Origin: Wallemia ichthyophaga EXF-994
Taxonomy: Eukaryota; Fungi; Basidiomycota
Reading direction: 5' to 3'
DNA: 62,000 bases
NCBI RefSeq assembly: GCF_000400465.1
Contig: NW_008806275.1
Location: 309,656 to 371,655 of the forward strand
A model generated the notes under the pieces. That model was not told the DNA's origin, did no database searches, and was given only the letters and a program-made list of their open reading frames with translations. The position numbers and the translations under genes were made by a program. Positions 12,874 to 27,337 of this stretch are shown here, piece by piece. Each line of letters opens with the position of its first letter. The first letter of the stretch is position 1.

Positions 12874-15053
12874 ATGGGATCGTTAACGAAGCTGCCTTCC
12901 GAGCTGTGGTCTTGTGTACTAGAGCAGCTGGAGCCACGTGACCAATCATCGAGCACGGCTGCGCTAATGATTGCGTTCCCGAAGGCTCCCGTTGACTTCA
13001 AGCACGTGTGGACGCATATACACTTGAGGAATGAGCTACAAGTGAAGGCGCTCAATTTGAAGCTTGTAAATGATAAGGAGATGAAGATCAGTCTACAGCG
13101 CGAGCCGTTCCTCGGCCAGTCTCTGCGTCATTCGGCTCTTTTGGGCGATCCGTACTATCTGATTAATGTATACGAGGTGCTCAAGCAGGCGCACTTGCTT
13201 TCTTTATTCGTTGGACCAGCATTCGCACCCGAGCATCTCGCAGAGTTGTTTCGCAAACCGCGTCGTAATCTCAAGACGCTCAATATACACTTCCGCCCTT
13301 ATTTGAAGCGGAGGTCTTACTACCAGTGGGTTTGGCCATCTGTGTGAGTCGTGGCGTTCCTCACATGCGCACAGATTCCTCAAAGGCGCTTACTTCGACT
13401 CGACGTTGGAAGAGCTAGCGAGAAGGTGGCCAATCAATGCGAATCTCACGCGAGTGTCATTTATACAGGATAACCCACCTAGCATTGAGTACAAGGCTAG
13501 TAAAGAGCGGCTTCCAATTGAGGAAGAAGAATCGGTGGAGCTCGTCGATCACTCGACATACCTCAACAGTTACTCAGGTGGCCCATCGACTATGTTTAGG
13601 AATAAACTTCTAACTGAAGATTTACCAAAGAAGTTCGCACATCCTATCGTTTTCTTTAACCTTAGTCACTGTCTCACTCAATTTGCTTCGAGTGACTTTG
13701 CATCGAGCGTGGAGCATTTCAGACTACGAGTACCGCAAAGAGATGTGAGTGGAGTGTTTAATTGATTTGGTGGTAGCTAATGAAATATTTTGTTTTCGCT
13801 ATCGCTAGGTCGCGACTTCACTATCAGTGCAAGGGTCACTACCGCGCGTAACCAGTCTCGATCTGTCAACAACAACCATCAGAGTTGGTGGACCTGATGC
13901 TAACCTCGCCAGTCTGCTCAGAAGACTCAGCAAATTGCAGTATCTCGTACTCGACCAGACGGATGTTCTCGGTGCGGATAGGAAGTTCATCAACTTGGTC
14001 GCTAGAGATAGGGCGAAGAAGGCAGCGCGAGCAATTGGACAGCTGTGTGCAACGACGGGGCTGGTACGTGCAAAGCTACTTCAGGCTCGGATCAATGAAT
14101 GGGTTGCTGAACAGAGGGCAACGTTTGTCGGTATGAATGAGGCTATGATGAGACAGGTAAATATTCAAGATATTCAAGAAAATCAAGGCAGACGCGACCA
14201 GATACCAGAGCAAAGTACTTCATCTAGACGGAGAATTAACACAGGGAGGAGAGCATTCCAGGCAAATTTCTCTTTAAGAGAACAGACAGAGACTGGGAGC
14301 GCACCAAGGCTGTCCAGTGCTGCTAGAGCTTACTTGAAACATGCCCCAGTGGAATATGTCGTCCTGGCTGAGTTGCCTTGCTTGAAGGCTATCACAGTTG
14401 GTGTGCGCGACTGCGTCAAGCAGGCCAGACGCGATGAATGGCAGCGCGATTTCGAAAAAGGCTGGAAAGAAGGTTGCAGCAAGGTTGTTGAGAGTATCAA
14501 CAGTTCGTACAGAGGCTGGATCAAGAGCCGCGAGGATGAAGACAGAGCGAGGGATTTGAGAGAGAGGAGAGAAGGTAGAGAAGGTAGAGAGACAGATAGC
14601 CACAGAGACAGAGGAAAACAGCAGCAGAAGTACAAGAAGTATGGTAAATCTAGCAACAACGTTTCCCAGAATAGAGGAGACAGAGGAGAAGAGAGGAGGA
14701 AGAAGGTCGAGTTGATCAGGATTGACGAAGAGGGGGACATAGTGACCAGTGAAGATAGGATAAGAGGTTCAACCCTACCTAATGGGTTTGCAGAGGAGTT
14801 CCAAGGCATGAGAGCGTGTCTGAGCGAGGAAGAAGTGCTCAAGATGATATCACGCGGATCAGACAAGATGTTCCAAGTGCCCAAGTTCTGCAGCGTAGGC
14901 AAATGCGAGCATCCTGCCGAAATGAACGACAGCGACAGCGATGAGGATGAAGATGATGACGATGATAATGATGTCGATGATGTCGATGATGTCATGGGGT
15001 GTCCTCGAGGGTGTGCCCACGAGTACATACGCAGAGTCTGGAGTGATATTTAG
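12874..15053 (+). CDS. F-box-like/LRR-like hypothetical protein, multi-exon, acidic C-terminus
   Basis: N-terminal LTKLPSELWSCVLEQL (F-box-like); three ORFs joined by GT-AG introns; LRR-like VTSLDLS and LQYLVLD. Confidence 0.6.
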
Positions 15054-15147
15054 AGCCAGTCTTTATACATACATTTGCTTTATTCAAAGGAAGAAATAAA
15101 ATGAAAAAACAAAATTTTGAGATAAATTAAACTGCTCAAGCTCTTCA

Positions 15148-15763
15148 ATGTTCGCTACCTCACTGAGAAACACAGCAAAAATGAGCAACGTATTCTTCGA
15201 TGTTAGCGCGGGCGGTAGCCCATTAGGTGGGTTGGCTTGTGTGTGCGTTTACGACAGCTAAACGCGACAGGCCGTATTGTATTCCAACTCGCGGACAATG
15301 TCGTACCAAAGACAGCAAGAAACTTCCGTGAATTGTGTACCGGCCAAAATGGATTTGGATATGCGGGATCAGGATTCCACAGAGTAATCCCATCATTCAT
15401 GTGAGTGGGAGTATTTGTGTTTACCTGAATGGGTTTATTAACAAATATAGGTTACAAGGTGGTGATTTCACCAACCACAACGGCACTGGCGGTAAATCCA
15501 TCTACGGCCAAAAGTTCGAGGACGAGAACTTCACGCTGAAGCACACCAAGCCAGGTCAATTGTCAATGGCTAACGCAGGTAAGAACACCAATGGATCTCA
15601 ATTCTTCATCACCACCGTTCCTTGCTCTTGGTTGGACGGCGCTCACGTCGTCTTCGGTGAGGTCGTCGAGGGATTGGACATTGTCAAGAAGGTTGAATCA
15701 TTGGGCTCTGGCTCTGGTAAGCCAAAGACTGAGATCAAGATTACCAACTCTGGCACTGTCTAA
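15148..15763 (+). CDS. CPR1: cyclophilin A-type PPIase; core starts at ATG 15181, in-frame upstream ATG at 15148
   Basis: [70 protein letters not shown]. Confidence 0.96.
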
Positions 15764-15959
15764 GACTATTCAATTGGAAATGTATGAATGAAAATTTGAT
15801 GAATTCAATTATAAAAGATACAAGAGACTTGTATGAGTGTGGGTCAGCGATATACGTGAAAAGATTATGTATAATGTTTAAATAAAATTTTGATAGATTT
15901 TGTTGAAATTTGAATGAATGATAACAGCGTCTCGTATCACAAGACAGAAGAAATTGAAA

Positions 15960-16254
15960 ATGCATTTAATGTTCACAACGAATGATGAAGGGAAGAGGGT
16001 TTATTCTTTGAAGGTTTGTCCTGTGCTTCTGGTATATTCTCAGTCTAACATATTTACGCAGAAGATAACCACATCAGGCAAGATAACCAAATCCGCACAT
16101 CCAGCTAGATTCAGCCCAGATGACAAGTTCTCCCGTCACAGGTAAATTGATTTTTAATTAAAATACCGCTCACATACTCATTCTCCTTAGGGTGACAATA
16201 AAGAAGAGATATGGTATCCTGCCAACGCAATTACCAAGGAATAGAGCATTTTGA
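15960..16254 (+). CDS. NOP10: H/ACA snoRNP protein Nop10 (2 introns)
   Basis: [42 protein letters not shown]. Confidence 0.95.
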
Positions 16255-16521
16255 TTGGTTAATTAGTTTAATTGCTGTTTACCTGATTAATTTATATATA
16301 TTTTATTAAAATTACTATTTACGGTTCGAATTAAATGCCTTAACTGAGTTATCTGCAATGTCTGTATACCAACTACGACCACACATTTATAACGCATTTT
16401 ACGCGTTTTATATTCTATTGAACCAATTTTAATCTTCTATCGACTTATATTGGTTATATATTCACTCTCCTCTCTTCATTCCCCGCTTTTCACCTCTTTT
16501 CAGCCTAAAACATTCTCTTAA

Positions 16522-19500
16522 ATGGCTGATAACTCGAGGCCACCATTGAAGCACCTGTCTTCTTCTTTCAAGTCTGGTGATGACAGCGATCCCAATCTCA
16601 ATATCAACGATCAGCCCATCCTCGCTCCTACTGTCAGCTTTCAATACACCAACGATCAAGACCCTGAAGCTGCCTATAAAATACACACCGATTCAGCCTT
16701 CAAAAGGAAACGCTCCCTCGTCAAGCCTGAACGCGAACGCCCTGATCCCAACCACAGACTGTTTCACTATCGTAACAGAGCCGCACATCTAGATCAGTCT
16801 GGTCACGGTGGCGTTAAAGCTTCTTGTGAGCTCTGTTTCTCTTTCTCAATCACTTCCCTCTGACTTACACTTTCAGCCACCGGCGCTTACCCCCAGCAAT
16901 CCTCCTCTCCAGGCGTACGCCGAGGCAAATCCGTTCTAGGCAGACAAGACCCCGGTCCTGGTCTCTTGCGGAGGCAGACTAAAAAGTACAACTCTATTAT
17001 TGCTCCCGTCGAAGCTGAGAATGCCCCGACTGGAAAAGAACCCACGTCAACCTCCACCTTCGGCTACGCTTCTATACCTGGCCCAAAAGGTCCGTGGATG
17101 CTTTATTGCTTCATTATCACATGCTTCATTCCCAATTTCCTTCTCAAATTATGCGGTATCAACACTCCAGAGCGTCAAAGGGCTTGGCGTGAAAAAATTG
17201 GCTTGTTGGGTGTTATTGGTTGTTTGATGGCTTTAGTTGGTTTTATTACTTTCGGGTTCACTCAGACTGTTTGTGGTGTACCTCCTCATCGTTATCAAGT
17301 TGGTCACATCGATAATGGTAACCTCGTTGTGAACGGTATATCGTACAGTCTCAATACCTGGAAGCATCCTCAAGTTAATGGCTGGTTTGATAGTGATGAG
17401 AATTCAAACGTTCTCTTTAATGGTCCCATGCCTGCTTCTGGAATGGACGCCTCCTTTCTCTTTCAAAGAGTGAATGAAAACTGCAAAGATATCATTACTC
17501 CAGCAGATAATACTGGCATTGATCACTCCGGTAATGATATGTCATGGTATTTCCCTTGTCAACTTTTCAGCCCTAATGGGACAACCACCCCCAATCTTTC
17601 CAACTATACCGATGATACTCTTTGTCATACTTCTTCCACGGCTAGAGACGCTTTCGACTCCCTTGGTTCAAATGAAGATGTTACCACTGGTCAAATTTAC
17701 TTTACTTGGGATGATTTACGCGATCCAAACAGAAATTTAATCGTTTATGAGCAAGATGTTTTAGATTTAAGTTTGTTAAATTGGTTGGACAGTGCTCAAG
17801 TCAATTGGCCTTCGGAGTTTGATGAGTTAAAATCTCCCACACCGGAAGACAAGTTTAAAGGCAAAGATATAACGATGACAATGCAAAGAACTGGCAGAGA
17901 TGATATCGGTAAATGTCTGCGTGACATTGTTAGAGTTGGTTTCATCGATACTGACACTGTTGGATGTGTTGCTTCTAACGTGGTGTTATACTTATCTCTG
18001 ATATTTATTATCGGGGTTGTTTCGTATGTTTATTTACTGCGTTGTTTATCCTTCTGACAAATGATTTTAAGCATCAAATGGGCTATGGCGGTCTTCTTTG
18101 GTTGGTTCTTATCCTGGAGACTCGGTGTAGGATTCAAAGAAACAAGAGAAGAAAGACACGCGCGAATGAATGCCATTGAGAACTGGTCAGATGATATTTA
18201 CAAACCAGCTCCAAATAAATACAGGCCTTCAGCACCTCCTAACAACTCCAAATCCAATCCTTTTAGTAAAACTACAGCAAAGTTATTACCAAAGTCTAGC
18301 AGATTCACTCCTGCGCAAGAGAAACCAACATTCGTACCTGAGTTGAACAAACGCGCGAATAACTTTACTACATCAAATTCAAAAAGTTTTCTTGGCTCTT
18401 CAATCTATAGCCCTCCAGACTCTCCAAACATACGAGGCACACAAAGCTCAAGTAGTTTGCCATTCGCTAGCTCAAAAGAGTTTGTTGACTGGAACAGATC
18501 TTCGTCATTAGCTTCTGGCAGTTCAGGTGGATGTCCTTATCCTTTGGTTCAGAATGTTGTCCCACAACCACCATCAGACTATGAACCTCACAACTTCCCG
18601 TTAGCTCATACTATATGTCTAGTCACCGCTTATTCTGAAAGTGTTGAAGGTTTGAGAACTACTTTGGATTCCTTAGCTACGACAGATTATCCTAACAGTC
18701 ACAAGCTTCTGTTGATTATTGCAGATGGTATTGTCAAAGGATCTGGAAACGACATGTCGACACCAGACATATGTCTTAGTATGATGAAAGATTTGGTTTT
18801 ACCCAAGGATCAAGTTGAAGCCAACTCTTTTGTTTCAATAGCTGATGGACATAAAAGACACAACATGGCTAAAGTTTTTGCAGGATTTTACGATTATGAT
18901 GAGTCAACAGTCGAGCAAAACAAACAACAACGTGTACCGATTATTCTCGTCGCAAAAACTGGTAATCCACTTGAAGCTAAGGAGGCTAAACCTGGTAATC
19001 GTGGTAAACGTGATTCACAAGTATTGCTCATGTCTTTCCTTCAAAAAGTCATGTTCGACGAACGCATGACGACATTTGATTTCGATTTCTTTAACACTAT
19101 TTGGAGACTTACAGGTGTTTGTCCCGACAGATATGAAACTTGCTTGATGGTTGATGCTGATACGAAAGTTTTCCCTGATTCACTCACAAGAATGATGGCA
19201 TGTATGGTAGTCGATCCCGAAATCATGGGTTTATGTGGTGAAACTAAGATTGCAAACAAAGCACAAAGCTGGGTTACTATGATACAAGTATTTGAGTATC
19301 ACATTTCTCATCACTTGGCAAAGGCTTTCGAATCAGTTTTCGGTGGTGTTACTTGTTTACCTGGTTGCTTTTCTATGTACAGGATTAAGGCTCCAAAGGG
19401 TGGTCAAGGCTATTGGGTACCAGTTATCTGTAACCCGGATATTGTTGAGCACTACTCTGAAAACATCGTCGATACACTTCACAAGAAAAATTTACTGCTC

Positions 19501-20824
19501 CTCGGTGAAGATAGATTCTTGACAACGTTAATGCTTAGAACTTTACCAAAGCGCAAGATGATGTTCTGTCCACAAGCAGTTTGTAAAACTGTTGTACCGG
19601 ATGAGTTCAAGGTCTTATTATCACAAAGAAGGAGATGGATTAACTCAACCGTTCATAATCTGTTTGAGCTCATATTGGTTAGGGATTTATGCGGAACGTT
19701 TTGTTTCTCCATGCAATTCGTCGTCTTTATGGAAATGGTCGGTACGATGGTTTTACCAGCTGCTATTACGTTCACCGTTTACATCATTGTCCTCGGAATG
19801 TGGGTGAGGACTCATTAGATTTGCATTACTGACACTTTTTAGTATTCCATCTGAACGTACCCCAACGATCTCACTTATTTTGCTCTTGATCATTCTCGGT
19901 TTACCAGGTCTTCTTATTGTTCTGACATCGCGAAGACTAGCCTACGTTGGATGGATGATAATCTATCTTTTCTCGTTGCCAATATGGAACGCTATCTTAC
20001 CAGCTTACTCGTTCTGGCATTTTGATGACTTTTCGTGGGGTGCAACTAGACAAATTGAGGGTGAAGGTGCCGAAGAGTCGCACGGAGATAAAGAAGGAGA
20101 ATTTGATCCATCACATATCATTATGAAACGTTGGGCAGAATTCGAACGTGACAGAAGATATAGAACTGGTACAAACTCGAGAGATTCTACAGATGATGTC
20201 AGTAGATCTGCAAGGAGGCATGATTATAGAAGATCGGTGAACAGTAATCACGATGGTGGTGGGTTGACGTTGGATGCTTTGAGAAATCCGCCATCTTCAG
20301 CATCAAGAGGTAGTTTGACTGGACCTCCTCTAATTGAATTACCTCAACCACTTTCGACACATTTGAATGAAGCATCTGGTTCTACACCGCCACCCGTATC
20401 AAGAATTCCAGAAAATTTAGCAAATTTTGACGAATCAAGTGGAGCAAACAGTGTAGAACAGAAGCCAATGTTATCTTTGAGTCATATTGATTCACCTTTA
20501 CACGATCAAGATAGTCATCAAAGACTAGCTTCAATACCTCAAAGCGAGTTCTATCAACCACAAGCACAGTCAAATGAAAAGGAATCATTCTTAGAGGATA
20601 ACAGCCATCTCAACAGACCAGCACTCGGGATTACTCTAATGGATCAAGGGCCTATTGGCGAATCACCCCGAAGAGTAGTCAAACCAGCTCACAAAAGGAG
20701 ACAGCCAAGCTCGTCATTGGCGCTTGAACAATTGAATCAATATAGTCAACAAAGACGAGATGAAAGGGTGGGTAGCTCGGAGGATATTGATTTAGACGAA
20801 TCAACTCGTGCATCACAATCTTAA
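16522..20824 (+). CDS. class IV (Chs3-like) chitin synthase, multi-exon
   Basis: [64 protein letters not shown]. Confidence 0.95.
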
Positions 20825-22079
20825 TCGACAAATGCAAAGCAATATGATTTGTGAGTCGTCGTATGTGGTTAATGAGCTGAGATAACTTAACTTACGAAAC
20901 AGACTTCTACTTTATTTAATACTGACAATGTACCACTACTTCTAGTCAGATTTTGCACTCTATTAGCGATTATTTTACAATTTCATCTGGCGTTTTGAAC
21001 ATTAGTCAGGCAAACAGGCTACTTTTGTATTTTTGTTAAATTATGTATCTTCTCAGATATGGCGGAGTATTGCTAAGCTGCGTTGATCATCTCCAATGCT
21101 TGATGACTTCAAGATGTGATTAGAGATGGCAAGACAATTTCGCAAGACGATAGTGTCCGAAATCGCTCAAGCATTAAAAATACATCCTCATATCAACCCT
21201 CCGCTCTCTATCCACCGAGTTGGATTTCTCTCTTAACACCTATCTCATTTCAGATGGTGATTTGCGACTTTTGATGATCTCCATATAAAAGAGCTTGAAT
21301 GATAGCTCTGACAGAAACGAATATGATTCTACCTGATTTGTATCCCTGGCGCTCCAGAATTGAGCCCTGCACGCTGATCGGAAGCAATTATCCGAAATCG
21401 CTCAAGAGCACGCTATAGGATGAACATCGACATTTAAGCGCTTAATCCATGAAAGTAAAATTTCCGCGATTTATAGAGATCCTAAGTACCTAAGATAATC
21501 AATTTTCCGGGCTCTATAAACACGTAAAACATTTTACGTTGCGTGTCGTCTACAGGACTTACTTTTGGTATTAGGGAAAAATATCACTACTCAGCATCAC
21601 TTTACACTTGAAAGAAGCGATTTGGGTATAGAAAAGGAGGGGTCAGCATAACTCTGAAATCGCGACTTTGGCTTCACTTGATGCATTTCGAGATTTTAAG
21701 TAATTGGGGATTTGAAGGCACTTAAGGGTCCTTTGTAATCGTTGAAGTCAAGATAATAGGAGTTTGTGTTTTTAATACCGAATTGCACTCTTTGCAGCAT
21801 CTAACATTTAGGTGGATGAATGCCGAGTACATGCTGCGTTATCCATGAAAATCGTACCTGCAAACGTCTCAATTAGCTGATGATTACAGAATTTTGATAA
21901 GTGTGCTCGAATTGGCAGCATTCACTGTGCTATAGCGAACTTAAGCACGTCATTTTATAAGATTGCAGCGTCATTCCAACTCTAAAAGCTTAACTATTGT
22001 ACCCAATAATACATCAGAAAAGATATCACACCCAAATTATATACGTTTGGATTCACCTCCCTATAAACCCAACTACCAC

Positions 22080-22858
22080 ATGTCTTTTATCAAGTACGAA
22101 ACCAATTTCAACGAGAACGAATTGAAGGGGAAGACGTTGATTTTGCCATCGATCAGTATAGCGAATGTACCGCAATTAGCTATCGAGCTGCTGCTGAACA
22201 ACCATTCGAATGAGTTAATTGGTAGGTTCAACAACGACGGCTTCATCCAAGTTGCGGGTGGATCTGCTAGTGGCTTGGTAACTCCCTTGGAATTGCGTAG
22301 GCTGCAAAAGTGCAGCGATGTCTTCATAATCGACCAGCGATCACCGATACTCAAAGTAAGCACTCATTATCTGTTAAACGGAGCTGACGAGTACAGAGCC
22401 ATAAGAGTACATTCGTAGATAATCTTAAGGTTTGGGCAGAGAGGCTGGAGCTCGACGTAGTCGTTCTATCTTCTGCAGATTCAGCTGCGAGAAGCGACAA
22501 TGAGATCATGTCAAGCCAGCTGAAGCAACTGTCTAATAAGGAAGCGAAATACGATAGCAGGATAAGCGTTTTCGAGCCGCTTGAATTAGGCAGCGCTAAT
22601 GGATCTGGCCTGCTCAAGTCTTACTATACCAACATGAAGAAAGCGTGTGCGTTGTGTCTGTTCACAACTGAAGGAGACAACAGGCCTGATGCCCATCTCC
22701 TCGTAAAGGCGATTTCAAACGTACTTGGCTTGGAAGGTATGTGAGCTCAGCGATAACGTCAGATTTGTGTTAACGCAGCTACAGCGGTTGAATTAAAGGA
22801 TCCTGGGCATTGGGATGGGCTTTTTGGACGCTTATATGATATTAAATTATTTGGCTGA
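22080..22858 (+). CDS. proteasome assembly chaperone 2 (PAC2 family)
   Basis: LILPSISIANVPQLAIELL, TPLEL, QRSPILK, EGDNRPDA, PGHW..LFG. Confidence 0.85.
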
Positions 22859-22920
22859 GATGTTTGTTCCTTGTATTTTCCATGTCTTCTCTTTTGCTTG
22901 AGAACTACGAATATTACGAT

Positions 22921-25900
22921 ATGCCCAAAAAGCGCTCGCTGAAACCAGTGAACCGTGGCTTTGCAACTACATCCGTACAAAAGAAGCCTGAAGATCCTAA
23001 ACCTGTCGTTGAGGCCCCGCAAGCTCCCGCGCCCGAAGACAGGCCGTCGACACCGCTTTCAACGAGCCAGCAACCCATCAACGACGATATCGTGCAGCAG
23101 TACTACTCCAAGGTACTCAAGGATGTTGAGAGGAACGTTAAAGGTATTGATTATGATAGAAAGCTCGCGAAACAGCTCCCAACTCTTCAGCTTAATGATA
23201 TCAACTACAAAGAATTCGTACCGACATTCAGCTGCGACGATAGCCACATAGACAGTAATGACAAGATATTTCACAAGCTTGGAGTTACTTACAATACTTT
23301 GAAGAGGCTGGGATTCACCCATTCGCTAGTAGTTGACTCTTTTAACGCTACAAACTCATTTGACCTGCAAAACGCTTTGGTATGGGTGAGTACTACGTGC
23401 TGCAATTACAATAACTTCTCACTAATCTCCGCAGCTTGCATTCAACGTCTCTGATGAGCAACTCAACGATACTGCGTACACGACAATTCCGCCTTCTCCT
23501 CCGAAACCACTCCCAACGCCTACTCCGCCAGCCTCTTCAACGCCCAAAAAGACTTCTGGTACTGCTAGTCCCTCGTTGACCCCTTCCAAGCCCAGCAAAC
23601 CCGCCTTCGATGTTCCTCAAATTACCCTGTCCGATGACGACCAACTCGAGCCTACACAAGCATACGTCCGCTTCAAGCTGGAGCTCGACGATGCAGAGCG
23701 GGCTGCAGGTATCGTCAAGAAGAAGAAAAAGTCTAAGGCCGATGACTGTTCTGATCCGCAAGTGATAGCTTTAAGGGCAGTTGTCGATCAGTTGCAAGGA
23801 ATGTATCTATTTGATAAGAAAGACGCCGACAATGCTTACAGGGAACAAAGAAATGAGCTCGACAAGGAGCTTCTCCAAGAACGACTGAAACAACCGCAAC
23901 CACAGCATCAACAGCAACCACCTTCACCCACGCAGGAGAATAAAAAATCTGCTGATCCTGTTGAAGAAGACATGGGCGATCTCTTCAAGGAAGAAGAACA
24001 AGAAGAGCTCACACCTAGCGGTAATCCTATGCCTGTCATTGACATGACTCTTCCAAGACAAATATCTGCGCGCTCAATGCCAAAGACTATCGTTGAAGAA
24101 ACAATCATCAAGATCGACAAGTCTGCTCAGTCTTACTTTTTGATCGTATCTAAGGGATCTCGTGCTATCAGAGCATCAGGTTTTGTTCAATGGGGTTTAG
24201 AGTTTCAATACGCACGTGATGAGCACGAGATGGTTGACGTCGGCTGCCAGAATGACACACAGGCTATTAATTACGTCGCGTTGATGCTACTTCACAAGGT
24301 TTATCTCAAGCATCCAGCGGCATGTACTTTCAAGCACTCACAATTCCCACTTTCATTCCAGGAGCTGTGGGCAGAAGTTGAGAACAAGCGTAAAACTGAG
24401 GAAAGCGCTAAACAGAGCGAGGAATACCTAATGCTGAAGCAATACTTTGATGAAAAGATGGAAAGTGCACCATCTAAATACAAATCGACACCAAAAGCGA
24501 CCAAAACCAACGCAACTGATGGAGAATCTCTTTCACACTCCCAAAAGAACTCTGTATCGAGAAAAGACAGCAAGTTGCAGGAAATCTTTGAACAAAGGCA
24601 GCGAACAGAAGCTTATCAAACCATGTTACAGTCGAGAAATACACTTCCAATAGCTTCCTATCGTGAGGAGATCCTTAACACAATCAACTCCTCACAGGTC
24701 ATGGTCCTCAGTGGTGAAACTGGCTGTGGCAAGTCTACCCAACTTCCTGCGTTCATTTTAGAGGATGCTCTGAGCAAGGGCGAAAAATGCAAGATCTACT
24801 GTACCGAGCCTAGGCGTATATCTGCCATATCCCTTGGATCTAGAGTTTCTGCTGAGTTGGGTGAAAAGCCGGGTACTTTAGGTGGACCGGAGTCTCTTGT
24901 CGGTTATGCCGTACGATTGGAGAGCCATATTGGTAAATCGACGCGACTGGTATATGCCACGAACGGTATTGCATTGCGTATGCTTGAATCAAGCAATGGT
25001 CCAGACGGAAAGAGTGCCTTTGATGATCTCACTCATATTGTCATTGACGAAGTACACGAGCGCTCTATTGAGTCAGACTTTTTGCTCATCGTGCTGAAGT
25101 CTTTACTTCAGCAACGCAAAAACCTCAAGATTATTCTCATGAGTGCGACTGTTGATTCCAAAAAAATTAGCTCGTACTTTGGTGGATGTCCTGTTATTAG
25201 CGTACCAGGACGTACTTTCCCCGTAGATGTTTGCTATCTCGAGGATGCCATCGAATTTAGTGGTTTCAGAATCGATGAAACCTCGCAGTATGCTCGTAAC
25301 CAATATGACCGAATTGCTAACAAGGGAAAATCACAAATAGCGGAGTGGAACGAGGATGAAGACGATGAAGAGAATAACAGTGGAACATCTACACCAAAGG
25401 ATCAAAGCGTTTCATCGGCTTTGCCTAAGCTGAGCCCAGACACATTCACGACTCTCAATCTTCTCAACGAGTATTTGATTCCGTATGATCTGATATTAAA
25501 GACTTTGGAAAGGCTCAGTACGGATGCTCAATGGATTCATTATTCTAGCGCAACACTCATTTTCATGTCTGGTATGGCAGAAATAAGACGTATGAATGAT
25601 ATGCTGCAAGAGCATCCGCTGTTTGGTGATAGCTCACAGTTTAACATTTACCCGTTACATTCCAGTATTGCCTCTGACAAGCAGGGTGCAGTTTTTGACA
25701 TACCACCACCAGGAGTTCGTAAAATTGTCATTGCTACAAACATTGCCGAGACTGGTATCACCATTCCAGACGTGACATGTGTCATTGATACTGGTAGACA
25801 TCGCGAAATGAGATTCGACGAGAAGAGACAGATCTCACGTCTTCTGGATTGCTTCATCGCCAAGTCGAATGCTAAGCAGAGAAGAGGTAGAGCCGGTAGA

Positions 25901-27337
25901 GTAAGAGAAGGTCTTTGTTTCCACCTTTTTACTCGTGATAGGTTTGAGAATGGGCTTTCCGATCATCCTTTGCCCGAAATGACTCGTCTTTCATTGCAAG
26001 ATCTCGCTCTCAGGATTAAAATAATGAATGTTCAGATAGGATCATCGATTGAGGACGTACTTATGCGCGCACTGGATCCACCTACCTCGATCAATATCCA
26101 AAGAGCGATTTCGTCCCTTATTGAAGTCAAGGCGCTTAAGTCCAATGAAGAAATCACTCCGATGGGTCGCATATTGTCAAGACTGCCAGTCGATGTTCAT
26201 ATTGGAAAGTTTTTATTATTTGCGGTTATATTCGGTTGCCTCGACTCTGCGCTTACAATTGCTGCAACTCTTAACTCGAAGTCACCATTTGTTACGCCGT
26301 TTGGTCATGAAACTGAGGCTATGAATGCCAAGAAGGCTTACAACGAAGGTAGTCAGTGATTGAGCTTGCTGTAGCTTTTGCTGACGAACTTTGACCAGGT
26401 AACTCTGACTTTGTTATTATTGTCAAGGCATACAATGGTTGGAGACAGGCATTAAAAAATCAAGGATGGGCATTTATGAAGAGGTATTGCGATCAAAATT
26501 ACCTGAGTTTGCAGGTGAGTGTTGATTTTTCATCATGATTACAACTAACGTGTACCTCAGAACCTCCAATCAATCGAAGAATTAAGAATACAATTAATGT
26601 CTTATTTGATTGACGCAAACTTTGTTAGTCTGAATCATAAGCAAATGCGAGAGCTTAATGCGTAAGTAGGATCAGATAAAGTAATTCGCCTCTAACAGCA
26701 CAGTGCTCGCATGGTTCGCACAGGAAGAGGGTCATTAAAGTTTTTCGATATCCCCGAGGAGCTTGACTATAATGCAGGAGATTATTCCATTCTCCATGCA
26801 GCCATTGCGGCTGGACTATTCCCCAAGATGATATCATTAGACTGGTATACGAAGACGATGAAGACGATTCAAAACAATGCGGTAGTTTCTATACACCCTT
26901 CATCGCCTAATTTCAAAGTAAAGTGAGTGAGGTAAAAGAAATATCTCAATGAAACTAACTGGGAACAGATGGCAAGAATTTGGGTCGACATTCCTTTGCT
27001 ATTTCACACTTTTGCAATCGAGGAAGCTTTACGCTCATGAGGTTGCACCTATAGATATCATGGCATTGATACTGTTGTGCGGAGATATAGATTTGAAGGT
27101 GAGGAGGGATCAGAGCATGTGAAGAAATCAACTGATAATGTACAGATGACTTCAAACACGATACAAGTACATAACAAAGTGAAAGTATCACTTGATCTAC
27201 GCACTTGTGCGCTTCTTGCAAGTCTGCGTGAAGGGTTGCAGTCGGCAGCAAACGCAACGATCAGAGGAAAGGAGTGGACGTCGTATCAAACGCACGCATT
27301 TAGAACTGCATTAGACGTTTTGAAAGGCACACATTGA
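22921..27337 (+). CDS. DExH-box RNA helicase, DHX29/DHX57-like, multi-exon
   Basis: GETGCGKSTQ, TEPRRISA, DEVHER, MSAT, ATNIAETGITIPDV, QRRGRAGRV, HA2 domain. Confidence 0.93.

Noticed and set aside
14330-15028. Long antisense ORFs (also 2789-3220, 31710-31967, 51448-51795, 644-1041)
   Set aside because: Shadow frames of real genes, with low-complexity mirror composition
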